This document shows, piece by piece, positions 1 through 18,847 of a DNA stretch of 64,000 nt (the first letter of the stretch is position 1; every line of letters begins with the position of its first letter). Made by a program: the position numbers and the translations under genes. Source of the stretch: the human T2T-CHM13v2.0 reference genome, Homo sapiens; NCBI RefSeq assembly GCF_009914755.1, contig NC_060927.1; one strand, 5' to 3'. The notes under the pieces were generated by a model, which saw only the letters and a list, made by a program, of their open reading frames with translations, was not told where the DNA came from and did no database searches.

Positions 1-5153
<5,153 letters not shown>

Positions 5154-5229
5154 GACATGAATGACCTTTCACAGAAAACAGAAAAAACAAAAAGAATCTC
5201 AATTTTATCATTATTCATGGAAATAAACA

Positions 5230-6300
5230 TTAAGTCCAAAATGAAGAATCATTTCTATCCTCAAGTCTGCAGAAATTAAAATTTCAACCATATTAACTGT
5301 TAGCAATTTGGGGGAGTAATACAAATTAATACAGTGCCAATAGAAGCATAAATTGCTATTATCACTCTGAAAAACTATTGGCTATTATGTAAAAAAGCTG
5401 GAGATAGGCATTCACTCTTCCCAGCAATTACACTCCTAGGTATGAGTCCTAAACATACTCTTGTGCAAATTCCTTAGGAGGCTTTACGATAATGTGTATT
5501 CAAGCATTGTTTTAATAGCAAAAACAAAACAAAATTGGATGAAAATATTTATCTACAGAAATGTGGGTAAACTGTGGTATATTCCTGTAAGGGAATACTA
5601 TGGAGCAGGAAAAATAAATAAAGCCGAGTTACATGTATCAACATGGATGAATTTCACAAATATAATAGTAAGTAATAAAAGCAGTAGAATACAAAGAGCT
5701 TCATTCCATTTATATAAAATTAAAAATATGAAAATATTGGTTTGGGGATTCATGTATTTGTATAATACATGTATGGTTGAAAGCAATAAAATTTTGAATT
5801 CAGGCCCAGCACTTTGGGAGGCTGAGGCGAGTGGATCACCTGAAGTCAGGAGGAGACCAGCCTGGCCAACATGGTGGAACTCCACCTCTACTAAAAATAC
5901 AAAACATTAGTCTGGCGTGGTGGTGGGCTCCTGAAATACCAGCTACTCAGGAGGCTGAGGCAGGAGAATTGCTTGAACCTGGGAGACAGATGTTGCAGTG
6001 ACTGAGATCGCACAATTGCACTCCAGCCTGGGCAACAAGAGCGAAACTCTGTCTGAAAACAAACAAACAAACAAAACCAATAAAATTAAAATATTGAATT
6101 CAAAATTCAGGATAATGGTTTATTCTGGGGGATAAAGAGGAAGATACAGTCAAGAGAGCATATAAAGGAGGATGCAATATTGACAATGTTCTATATTTTA
6201 AGCTGAGTGATATATTTTATTATATGTGTGTGTATACATACATGTATACTAATACACATTAGCATATGCAATTTTGCATGTATAAAATACTAAATTCTAA
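5230..6300 (+). mobile_element. Highly diverged L1M (L1ME-like) 3' remnant, split by an Alu
   Basis: Motifs cccagcaattacactcctaggtat, ggtaaactgtggtatatt and caacatggatgaatttcacaaa. Confidence 0.6.
5803..6087 (+). mobile_element. Alu (AluS-type) with a short deletion in its 5' arm
   Basis: Starts ggcc|cagcactttgggagg and has an (aaac)n tail. TSD aaaattttgaattca (5788-5802) / aaaatattgaattca (6088-6102). Confidence 0.93.
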
Positions 6301-6429
6301 AATATAATCCAAAAAGCACTGTCCTTAGAAACTTATATAAGCTAATTTAATCATCAGAATAGCTCTCTAAGATATAATCACTCTCATTCTCAACACCTTA
6401 TCCTTGGTCTAATGTAATCACAGAAACTT

Positions 6430-6525
6430 TTCCATGAGGTAAGAATTATTTTGGAAATAAGGGAAATAAGGTACAGGAGATTAAAATCTTGTCCAAGTTC
6501 ACATAGCTAGTAAGTGCAGGAGCTT
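6430..6525 (-). mobile_element. MIR fragment
   Basis: cttgtccaagttcacatagctagtaagtgcaggagc. Confidence 0.65.
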
Positions 6526-6899
6526 ATCCATTAAAGTAAACGACCTCTATATGTAAAATAGGTAACCTCTCAATATCAATTAGTTTATCATAAGGGAGTA
6601 ATTATATAGATATACAAAAAGTTATAAAAAGATATTTATTGTCTCAATGTTAACGAAATAAAAAAGTGGAAATGACCCATATAGAACCTTACTGGCTAGG
6701 CAAAAGGTAACATTTTCCAATCACAGAACATTATACAACTATTTATAATTATGTTGGAGCTATGTAATTATCATGATGAAAAAATATCCCTGATATGTTA
6801 AGTTTAAAAATCTGTCTGGTATATATTGTATGATGTTATTTTGAAAAAAACTAAAAGCACAGTGTATCTTCAACTGTACTGCTAATTGAAGCAATTACA

Positions 6900-7210
6900 A
6901 AGAACTTCTACCATCTGCTACATCTATCCACATTAGGGGATCTGTACCCATAACTATCTTATACATTTTTTTCCTGCCTGTTATTTTAGGGGAGGCATCA
7001 GTGCTTCTGTGCAAAGCCAATGCTATGCAAGTGCACTGGGTTCATCCACCCAACCTACTTAAGGGTATTAGCCAGCCAGAAATTTACCTCTGTGTTAACA
7101 GTTCAGGATTTTGGAGCATGAAGAATATGACTTCTCAATTTTATGCCCCCAGGAATTTGTAGTGTTTAATCAAAAGAATTACTCAACAAATATGGGCTAA
7201 ATGAATAAAC
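6900..7210 (+). mobile_element. L2 remnants
   Basis: L2-like text (caaagccaatgctatgcaagtgcactggg) and a 3' end actcaacaaatatgggctaaatgaataaa. Confidence 0.45.
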
Positions 7211-7919
7211 GATTGGAAACGTAATAATGCCTTAAGCATTATTGTTTTACCAAAATTGTGTTCAAGACCATTGTTACACCTGGAAGAAGGAGAAAAAGGG
7301 TCTCTTCCATCTCTTCTCTCCTCTAACCTAGTGTCTTGGGACTCAAGCTCATGGTTTTAGTGCTACAGTTGAGCAGACTTTCATGGAGTGTCTGGGAATC
7401 TAACTATCATTTGTAAAACAGTTCTTTTGAAAAAATAGGTTATAAGCTAAAAACAACTGATTTACAAACTCTTTGTTTGAATTATCTTATCAATAAAGTG
7501 CCTGTAGAATGATGCTTGAGAAACATAAGAGTTATAAAAAAGAGAAAAAGGTAACTGCAACCGTGTTGAGATGTCCTTGATGTCAGTCAGTACAAGTCAA
7601 AGTATAAGACAGGCTAGACAATTTTTAAAGTCAAACACGTAGTTTTATGTGACATTTAGTAGCATGGTATATTAAATTGGTAAAAAGAATGTATAGAGAA
7701 GATTCTAGCCCCAAAGAGAAAAAAAATACGTATGTTTTAAACATAGAACATGATTTGAAAATAGGTTGGAAAAGTTGATGTGAACTCATAAATTGTAAAA
7801 CATTTACTTTCTCTAGCTCTGTTGTTAACATGAAGTATCCTTGGTGCCACCTAGTCTAATATTAGTCCCCACTTGGTAGTTGCCTGCAGTGCTCAAATGT
7901 TTGCTTCTGCTATTCTTCA

Positions 7920-8070
7920 CGAAAAACAATCAGAGCTTCTGGAGAAAAGCTGATTCAATGGTTCTATACAATAAAATCAAGATAGTTCCATGAAATTTTG
8001 CTACCATAAAGCAACAAATGGGTCAGCTTTAAGGGACTTTCAATGGCCAAGTTGTGATCATTTGAGCATT
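7920..8070 (+). mobile_element. L1MC4-like 3'UTR fragment
   Basis: atcagagcttctggagaaaagctgattc ... caatggccaagttgtgatcatttgagcat. Confidence 0.5.
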
Positions 8071-8909
8071 AATTTTGTGTAAACATGACAAATACTAGCA
8101 GATATGCTAAGGAAAAGACAGAAATGAGTTGTTAAATATATGAAAGAAATGCTTAGGCTGCAAATTCCTTTAAGGCAAAATCTCACAAAAGATTGATGAA
8201 ATGTATTGCAGTGTGGTTTGGTGATACAGAGTCTCCTCAGCTCAAATTATATAACAAAATCTATGAAAGATATTATGGTTAAAATAATAGATAAGGGTAG
8301 TGAATGATACACCAGAGAGCAAAAACTAGACAGGGAGAATTTGAAGTTTCTTATTTCTAAAAAAAAAAAAAAAGAATTGATTTTGCTCAATAAATCTCTT
8401 AAACATGTTAGATTCACTTAGGGGACTACAACTTATTGAATTTCATTTTGCTTTATTAGCTTTACAAGGATTGCTTCCATGCTGAAAAAGATGTGGGTAT
8501 ATAAATTGACAGATCTGCCCGGTTAGTTGTTAAAAAGTCTTGAGAAAATCAGATAAATCTGAATTGTAGTTTGAAATAGCTAAAGAAATTAAATTAATCT
8601 TGTTTATGAATGCTGTTAAATATCTAGGGGAAATGAATCTGCCAAATTTAGTAATTAATTAGGCATTTATCAAAGTGAAAGTAATTTTTAAAATTTAAAC
8701 AAAAATTACTAGACTCATAAGCAAAATAAGAGGTTTCGTGATTTGAGCTTTAAGGTGTAAGAGAAAATAGGTACCTCTTCCCAATATACAACTAAATAAG
8801 GTGAATTTTAATCAAAGTGTAAGTTATTGTAAGCACTTCTTTATGCTAAGTACTCCCAGATGTTAAAAATATCATAACCTATTTATAATTTGAAGGCTGC
8901 CTTACAATG

Positions 8910-9070
8910 TAATATAGTGGTTGATTATGTGTACATGATTTTACAAGACATGGAGATGTAGAATTAAATCTCAGCTCTGCTGCTTAATGGCCGTGTGACT
9001 GGTAAAAACTCTGATCTTCAGCTTTAATATTAACTTGATTAATTAACATGGTGATAGCACCTAAATCCTT
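8910..9070 (+). mobile_element. MIR fragment
   Basis: atagtggtt ... aatctcagctctgctgcttaatggccgtgtgact. Confidence 0.55.
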
Positions 9071-9311
9071 TTGACGATTATGGTAAGTGACTTGTTTTTT
9101 AGGTCCTGGTAAGTAATAATAATGCAATCGTAGTTATTTATTGTTAATACAGGAAAAGTTAGCTAATAATACATGGTAGAAAATAACGTGTCCAATGACA
9201 GCTGATTTAATAAGAAAAGACGTTATGAAGGTAGGTGGGTAGGATTTACACAGCAAGAAAGGACGAAGCAAGGAATTTCGGCTTGAAGCTCAGAGGCAAG
9301 AAAACACCAGG

Positions 9312-9398
9312 AAAATTTGAAGGTCTATAACTAAATTTTAAGGTCTAACTAACTAAAATTTAAGGTCTATAAACTAAATTTTTTACCAAAATTTAGTT
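9312..9398. repeat. Three copies of a ~21-bp tandem unit followed by an 11-bp inverted repeat
   Basis: Units aaaatttgaaggtctataact, aaattttaaggtctaactaact, aaaatttaaggtctataaact. Then aactaaatttt-ttacc-aaaatttagtt. Confidence 0.85.
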
Positions 9399-9604
9399 GA
9401 AGAGATAATAATGAGCAAATGGATTATGTTTAGATTGTAGAAAACCTGAAATCACTAAGGAATTTGGGTTTAAACTAGATGCTAGCTAATAACAGCTTAG
9501 ATATAGCAACAGCTGTTAGGCATAAAAGATTCATACTAAATAATGAACATTGGAACTAAGTATAGATGGAATGATTGTCAAAATGATTTTTGTTAATAGG
9601 CTAA

Positions 9605-9986
<382 letters not shown>

Positions 9987-10598
9987 AGAAATGCATTTAA
10001 AAACACGTGACAATGTTACTCTCATGAATTTACTTTTTAAAGATTACAGATTTATTTTGTTCATGTATTTTAGAGACTCAAATGATTTTACTACAGAACT
10101 ACTAAGCTAACACAAACGTTTCAGTTTCATACAATGAAGTGGTGATGCAGTGTTGAAGGAAAAAGTGACATTACTCTCCGTTATCAACTGAGAAAATGGC
10201 ACTGAAATGCATAGACATTTTCTTTTTCTTTAGGAAATTTAATTCCTTCATATGATGATATAATCATATATTGCCTTAAGTTGAGATATTTAAGATTAAT
10301 TTTGCTCTATGTAAAGCAGAAAGAATTAATCTGGCATCCTTATTACCTTAGAAATAAAAGGAAGTATTTAAGGAATAAAACAAAATGATAATTGAGAATA
10401 AAAACTACATATATGTTATTTTGAAAGATTAATCACACAAAAGTGATTTGGGGAAATAATGCTTAGTTTAGAATGAATGTTTGTTTACATAATTTTTTCT
10501 GTCTATAATTCTTTTATATGAAATTACAAAAAATTGGTAAATCTAAAGGAAAGTTGTTTTTACTGATATGTTTTTGGATAATTGAGAAAAAATTACCC

Positions 10599-10781
10599 CA
10601 GTGGTTCTCAAAATGTGATGCTTATAACCAACAGCAGCAGCACTTGGGAAATTTAGAAATGCAAATCTTCAGGCTCCACCCCAGACCTATGAATTAGTAA
10701 CTCTGGATATGGGTCCCAGCAGCCCGTGTTTTAATACGCTCTCCAGATAATACTGATGTACGCTAAACTTGACAACCACTG
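10599..10781. mobile_element. MER5A (hAT-Charlie MITE)
   Basis: Terminal inverted repeats cagtggttctcaa ... ttgacaaccactg, with internal aggctccaccccagaccta. Confidence 0.85.
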
Positions 10782-11554
10782 ATTTAGACTATTGCCCTGG
10801 GACTAGAGATTTTTTAATGAACTTTAATTACTGCCATGTGTGGTTAATAAGAGACTATAAATTTCCTGTTTCAAACATTTGTCCATTTAGCTTGATCAGC
10901 TTTATATAATCCTTGACATTTTGATTATTGGTATTCATGTATTTGCCAAGGAAATTGAGTAGATAGTTGCTAAATTAAAAATGGTTTTAAAGTAATTCCT
11001 TATCAGGCCAGTGTAGGTAACTCATACTCGATAAATTTAAGAATGACTCATGTTTTTGAATATTTGAGTATCAGGAGGAGGAAATATAATGCAATTCTTC
11101 CAGCAGATCCTATCCCATTGCTCTACTCATTGTTGACATCTTAGATTTGACCAAGCATTTGCAAAAGGGTAGTGTAAAGATTTGCTTTCTTATAGATACC
11201 AAAGAGAAGTAAAACCCACTTTCTCTTATTAATCCAGGCACAACCATCTATTCACATATTGCTTATCTAATCAAGCCTAACACATACATGTACATACAAC
11301 TCCTTTGCCAAAACAGTTCCAACACAGGGCCATGAGTACTGGTATTCCTAGCTGGAATTAGTAAAATTTTTGCCACTTTAGAAACAATTTTGTCAATTAT
11401 TCTATGGTAGTCACATGAAGTACTATACTTCAGATGAATACGGGTTAAGCTGGCTTTGCAAACTGTCTTATGGGCTCCACAAACTAATACATTTTTTTCT
11501 TGAAGAAAAAAAAGTCTAAATAGCTGACCTTGCCAACAAATAATTCACTGCTCA

Positions 11555-13955
11555 ATATCACCTTAATAATGTACCTTGTACCCAATAAGTAATTACTTAT
11601 TGTCTATCCCCTCCTCTCCCTTCACCCTTACCAGTTGCCATTGTCTATGATTCCACACCCTACGTTTATGTGTACACATTATTTAGCTCCTACTCATAAG
11701 TGTAAACACCTGGTGTTTGTCTTTTCATGTCTGAATTATTTTACTCAAGATAATGGCCTCCATTTACATCCATGTTGCTGCAAAATACATGATTTCATTC
11801 TTTTTCATGGCTAAATAGTATTCGGCTGTTCATGTATACCACATTTTGTTTATCCATTCATCCACTGATGGACACTTAGGTTGATTCCATTTATTTGCTA
11901 TTGTGAATACTTCTGCCATAAACATACAGGTCTAGGTATCTTTTTGATATAATGATTATTTTTCCTTTGGATAGATAGCTGGATTGGTAGTTCTATTTTT
12001 AGTTCTTTGAGAAATATCGATACTGTTTTCCATAGAGGTTGTACTAAATTTACATTCCCACCAACAGTATATGGCTTCCCTTTCCTCTGTACCCTCATCA
12101 ACATGTTATTTTTTGTTAATAGTAGCCTTTCTGACTGGTATAAGATGATATCTCATTGTGATTTGGTTGGCAGTTCTCTGATGATTGATGTTGAGTATTT
12201 TGTGTATGCTTGTTCACCATTTGTATATCTTCTTTCAAAAAATGTCTATTCATGTCCTTTACCCATTTTTAATATGATTAATTTTTGTTGTTGAGTTGTT
12301 TGAGTTACTTATCAATTCTAGATATTAGCCCCTCTCAATGCATAGTTTGCAAATATTTTCTTCCCTCTTGGAGGTTGTCTGTTCACTCTGTTGATTATTT
12401 CTTTTGCTGTGCAGAAGTTTTTAGTTAAATAATTAAGTTCCATTTGTCTATTTTTGCTTTTGTTGCCTGTGCTTTTGATGTCTTAGTCATGAATTCTTTG
12501 CCTAAGCCAACGTCCAGAAAAGTTTCTCCCTAGGTTTTATTCTAGTATTTTTATAGTTTTGGGTCTTACATTTAAGTCTTTAATCTACATTGAGTTGATT
12601 TTTTTATACGGTGAGTGATAAGGGTCCTATTTCATTCTTCTGCATATGGCAAACCAATTTTCCCAGCACGGTTTACTGAAAAGGGTGCCCTTTCCCCAGT
12701 ATATGTTCTTGTTGACATTGTCAAAGATCAGTTGGCTATAAATATGTAGCTTTATTTTTGAGTTCTCTATTTCATTGATTCATGTGTCCATTTTTATACC
12801 AGTACTGTACTCTTTGGGTTACTATAGCCCTGTATTATAATTTGAAGTTAAATAATGTTATGCTTCCAGCTTTGTTCTTTTTGCTTAGCATTTGTTTAGC
12901 TATTTGGGCTTGGTTTCAGTTTTATATAAATTTTAGGATTGTTTTTTCTTTTTTTTATAGCTGCATGATTTTTTTTATGATATTTGTGTTTTTTTATTTT
13001 TATTATACTTTAAGTTTTAGGGTACATGTGCACAATGTGCAGGTTAGTTACATATGTATACATGTGCCATGTTGGTGTGCTGCACCCAGTAACTCATCAT
13101 TTAACATTAGGTATATCTCCAAATGCTATCCCTCCCCCCTGCCCCCACCCCACAACAGGCCCTGGTGTGTGATATTCCCCTTCCTGTGTCCATGTGTTCT
13201 CATTGTTCAATTCCCACCTATGAGTGAGAACATGCGGTGTTTGGTTTTTTGTCCTTGCGATAGTTTGCTGAGAATGATGGTTTCCAGCTTCATCCATGTC
13301 CCTACAAAGGACATGAACTCATCATTTTTTATGGCTGCGTAGTATTCCATGGTGTATATGTGCCACATTTTATTAATCCAGTCTATCATTGTTGGACATT
13401 TGGGTTGGTTCCGAGTCTTTGCTATTGTGAATAGTGCCACAATAAACATACGTGTGCATGTGTCTTTATAGCAGCATGATTTATAATCCTTTGGGTATAT
13501 ACCCAGTAATGGGATTGCTGGGTCACATGGTATTTGTAGTTCTAGATCCCTGAGGAATCGCCACACTGACTTCCACAAGGGTTGAACTAGTTTACAGTCC
13601 CACCAACAGTGTAAAAGTGTTCCTATTTCTCCACATCCTCTCCAGCACCTGTTTTTTCTAATTCTGTGAAAAAAATGGCATTGGTATTTTGATAGGGATT
13701 GCACTGAATCTGTAGTTTTCTTGGGCTAGTATGGTCATTTTAATTGTATTAGGTTTTCTTTGGACAGTATGGTCATCTTAATTACATTAATTTTTCCAAT
13801 TTGTGAGCATGAAATGTTTTTCTATTTGTTTCTGTTGTCTATGCTTTCTCTTATGAGTGTTTTGTTGTTATCCATTTAGAGATCTTTCACCTCCTTAGTT
13901 TAACATATTGCTAAGTATTCCCTATTTCTTTTTATAGCTATTGTAAATGGGCTTG
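11555..13955 (-). mobile_element. L1PB-like 3' portion, interrupted by a younger L1PA
   Basis: Reverse L1 3'UTR (tgtacacattatttagctcc) and ORF2 C-terminus. Sequence resumes after 13650 (ttttttctaattctgtgaaaaa). Confidence 0.88.
12950..13653 (-). mobile_element. 5'-truncated L1PA (PA3-PA5-like) with extra sequence beyond its A tail
   Basis: ORF2 C-terminus ([19 protein letters not shown]...LETIILSKL) plus 3'UTR. TSD tgttttttct at 12940-12949 and 13650-13659. Confidence 0.93.
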
Positions 13956-14654
13956 AAAAAGGCCATACTTTTTTGTCTACTCTCCTTTCATATCAAGGTG
14001 TAGGAGGAGGTCTTTAGATTATATATTATAATATTATTATTATTTTTGTTTGGCCTCCAAGTACTTAATTGCTAAAAGAAATGCTTTTTTTTCTATAATT
14101 TTTTAATTCTAAGGTAGGCTTATATATTTAAATTTGTTTTAGAATGTTCCTTACTGAAAAGAGACTAAATGTCATTTTACGCATTTCCATAGTTTCAGAA
14201 CTATTTTAGGCAATAAAATATTTATGTAAATATTTCTAAGGTACATGAATAAAGATATGAAAACGTTCTTAACATAAGCCATTAAGATGATACTGGCTGT
14301 TCACAGTTGGGCTCACTTTCAAGGAGGGATAATCAAATGGAATTTTGCTGAGTTGTACTGGGAATGGAGCTTAAGGAGCTAATATCTATATCCAAGAATA
14401 TTTCGAGCATGTCTTGGCTACATTCTCCTCTTTTTTTCCTTCCTTGGTAATTTTTTGTAGGTCTCCAACATACTGAATGTCTTTGTCACTAGCATGAAAG
14501 ATATTTTAAAACACCCTTATTAGCTTGAATTGCATCCCCTTTTATTTTGGTCTCCTAAATAATGAGATTTTGACACTTTCTCTAAACATCCTGCATTTTC
14601 TTCTGCATTAAAAAGTCTATAATCTTCTTTCATGAATGTAGTACAGTTAGGTCT

Positions 14655-14957
14655 TATTTATTTATTTGTTTATTTATGATGGAGTCTTGCTCTGTCACCC
14701 AGTCTGCAGTGCAGTGGTGCAATCTCTGCTCACTGCAACCTCCCTGTCTGAAGTTCAAATGATTCTTGTGCCTTGGCCTCCTGAGTAGCTGCAATTACAG
14801 GCATGCGCCACCAAGCCTGGCTAATTTTTGTATTTTTAGTAGGGAAGGGGTTTCACCATGTTAGCCAGGCTTGTCAGGAACTCCTGGCCTCATGTGATCC
14901 ACCAACTTCGGCCTCCCAAAATGCTGGGATTACAGGCATGAGCCACTGCACCCGGAC
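14655..14957 (-). mobile_element. Alu (AluSx/Sz-like)
   Basis: (ttta)n tail and reverse Alu body. Short imperfect TSD aggtc(t/a)t. Confidence 0.93.
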
Positions 14958-17029
14958 AGGTCATTTTTTTAATTGTGAAAAGTAGTTCAAAATTTTTTAG
15001 AGCTAAATATTATAAAATTATTTTTTAAAGTGACAGTCACTTGATTTTCTTAAATTGTAATTGAATATTTTGCAATCAAGATTTACTGATTATTAATAGA
15101 TATGCTAAGCATTTTAAAGTTACAACAAAAAAATCCATTTTAAGGGATTAAGTAGATTTTACTCAAATATGGGTTATTTAAATGCCCTAGAGACAAAGAA
15201 CAAACACTTGCTCAGTAAATTATGATTTTCTTCCTTAACCATTAAAAACATTTGTTTTTGTGTTGTGATGAGTCATTTTTCAGTTACAAATTTCCTCTCG
15301 ATTACCTTCTAGTATTTTTGAGTGAGAAGGAGCTATTTGTTTGGTTGGATAACAGTCTCCAAACTCATTAAAAATAGGTGGCTATAGCAACATTCTTGTC
15401 ACAACTCACTCACTTCTGCAAAACAAATATTGACAAAATATGTTTAGTTAAAGACAAAGAACAACAGAAAAACAATGATATTCAATTGTTCCAAACTTCG
15501 AGCTAGCCTGTGAAGCCAAAAGATCAACTGCATATTATTCTGAACTCATTGTTCTATTTTCTTTTTAATAAGATTGTTTTCTTTGTTTTTATGCAGTTTT
15601 AGAAGTATTTTAGACCTTTTTGATTGTATGCATTTTGGAACACTGACCCTTAAGCATACACACTCTCTTATTATTTCGATCTTAGGCTAATATGTCTTTC
15701 TTTTATTAACCAGCCTGAAATATCTCTTTTGCCCTTATCTAAGAAAAGGAAAGGAACCTCATGGTTTGAAGAAGGACAATTTAAAAACTTAATCCTCTAG
15801 CTTACTTCATTTCTCATCATTTCAAACAACGAAAGATCCAGACAGTAGATGTTTCCTGTCTTTTTCAAGATTTAACTAATATTTTTCCATCTTGTTTAAA
15901 GATTTAGAATTGTAGTCTTTTCAGAGACCTCAATGGTTTACCATAAAAAAGGCTTGTGCTTCAATTCTACCCCATAAATTCTTGAGCGAGTCTTTGGTTG
16001 GTCTTGTAAAACCAACCAAATGTACTATTTCCCAAACCTCCGAGTCCTACTTATGAAACATTAGAAAAAGTATCTTATCTGTGTGTATTTTTCTACTAAG
16101 CAAATGAGTCCAGATTTCTTAAAGTTGGACATCCATTCCCTAAGACAGCCTTCCCTATTCAGACTACCAGGACAAAAATCTTGCCTTTGGGATAGAAAAG
16201 AGTGAAAGTATCTATTATGTCCTCCACCCACAAACATCATGCTCAAGGCCATGCATCAAGCCCACACTGGTGTGGAGAGACATTTTTTTTTTCATCTTAA
16301 TAGGCCATCACAGATAATTTTTAAAATTTTAGTTATAAAAACCACTTGTGAGGTTAGATTGAGGATCCTAATCTCCATTTCTTAAAACATGTAGGTTATG
16401 TTCCCCTTTGCTGCTTGGTAGAGACTCTTAGGCTGAGGTGCTATTATCTGGGACATCATTTGCCTACAGGCTACCATCAGAGGCTCTCTGGAACAACTTT
16501 TTTTCCCCTTTAATTCTGTTTTACCCTAGAGTGCACTGCCCTTTTATACCTGATATACTATCATTAGATAGTTTTTCTGTAGGTTAAGGCTTTTCATCTT
16601 CAGAAGTTCTCCATCAAAATGCAAATTGCCCTCAGAGCGCTATGAAACAGACACACTAAGAGGCTATTTATTAGGCAGAATCCAGGGGAAGCTGGAACTC
16701 TCAGCTCAGGATTTCATTATCTTCTAAGAGTATTTTGATGCTGATTTGAAACCTTGTCTTCTGGCTTGGAGGCAAGCAAAGAATGACAGAGCGATCTCTA
16801 GGGCCAGAGCAGAGAGGAAAAGAACAAGACCTGGAGCAAAACAGAAAGGCAGATCTAAAGTCTCAGTAATTGTTTTCTGAATCAAATAGCATTAATGAGT
16901 CATCTGTCATCTGAAAATGCTCTTCTCATTGATGGTTGGAGAGAAGTGCAGCTTTGTGGGAAAATAGAGCAGTTGCACTGAAAAGACCTGAACTTAAAGC
17001 ACTTGACTTAAAGAGAGGCACATTTTAAT

Positions 17030-17190
17030 GCAGAGCTTGAGTCTGGTGGTTTTAATGCCAGCATTATATTCACCAGCTGTGTGACTTTGGACAAAACTGC
17101 ATTTCCTTAGACCCTCCACAAGGTAGAGGTGACAGTCAGACCTATTTAATAGGGTTATTTGGAGGATTTGATCAGATGTCGTAGGTGCTG
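17030..17190 (+). mobile_element. MIR fragment
   Basis: caccagctgtgtgactttggacaaa ... atagggttatttggaggattt. Confidence 0.6.
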
Positions 17191-17229
17191 GGGGAAAAAA
17201 AAAGTCAGTTACTACTATGATGTCTAACA

Positions 17230-17358
17230 AATATAGAGTTCTTACTATATGATAGGCACTATTCTAAGCATTTTATTTAAATTTATTCATTTAATTTCCT
17301 CCATACTCTGATGTAGGCTCTTTCAAAACCCCTACTTTACTGTTGAGAAAACTGAGAA
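17230..17358 (-). mobile_element. MIR fragment
   Basis: cttactatatgataggcactattctaagca ... gagaaaactgag. Confidence 0.65.
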
Positions 17359-17439
17359 TTCCATACTGAAGACTATAGCAATAATCTCTTTAATGGGTTT
17401 GTTGCAAGGCTTTAATAAAATACTGTGATTATGCTTAAG

Positions 17440-17615
17440 TAATACTTTTTAAAATGTAATGTGCATATGAATCATTTGAGGTACTGTTAAAATGCAGTTT
17501 GTAATTCATTCAGTAGGTGTGGAGTGGAACATTTCTATCAAGAAAATTCTGTATGTCTAAGAAGTTCCCAGGTGATGCTAATGCTGTTGGTCCAGGAACC
17601 ACACTTTGAGTGTAC
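17440..17615. mobile_element. MER5B-like hAT MITE
   Basis: gtgcatatgaatcatttg ... aagttcccaggtgatgctaatgctgttggtccaggaaccacactttgag. Confidence 0.75.
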
Positions 17616-17629
17616 TAGGAAACTCCTGA

Positions 17630-18847
<1,218 letters not shown>

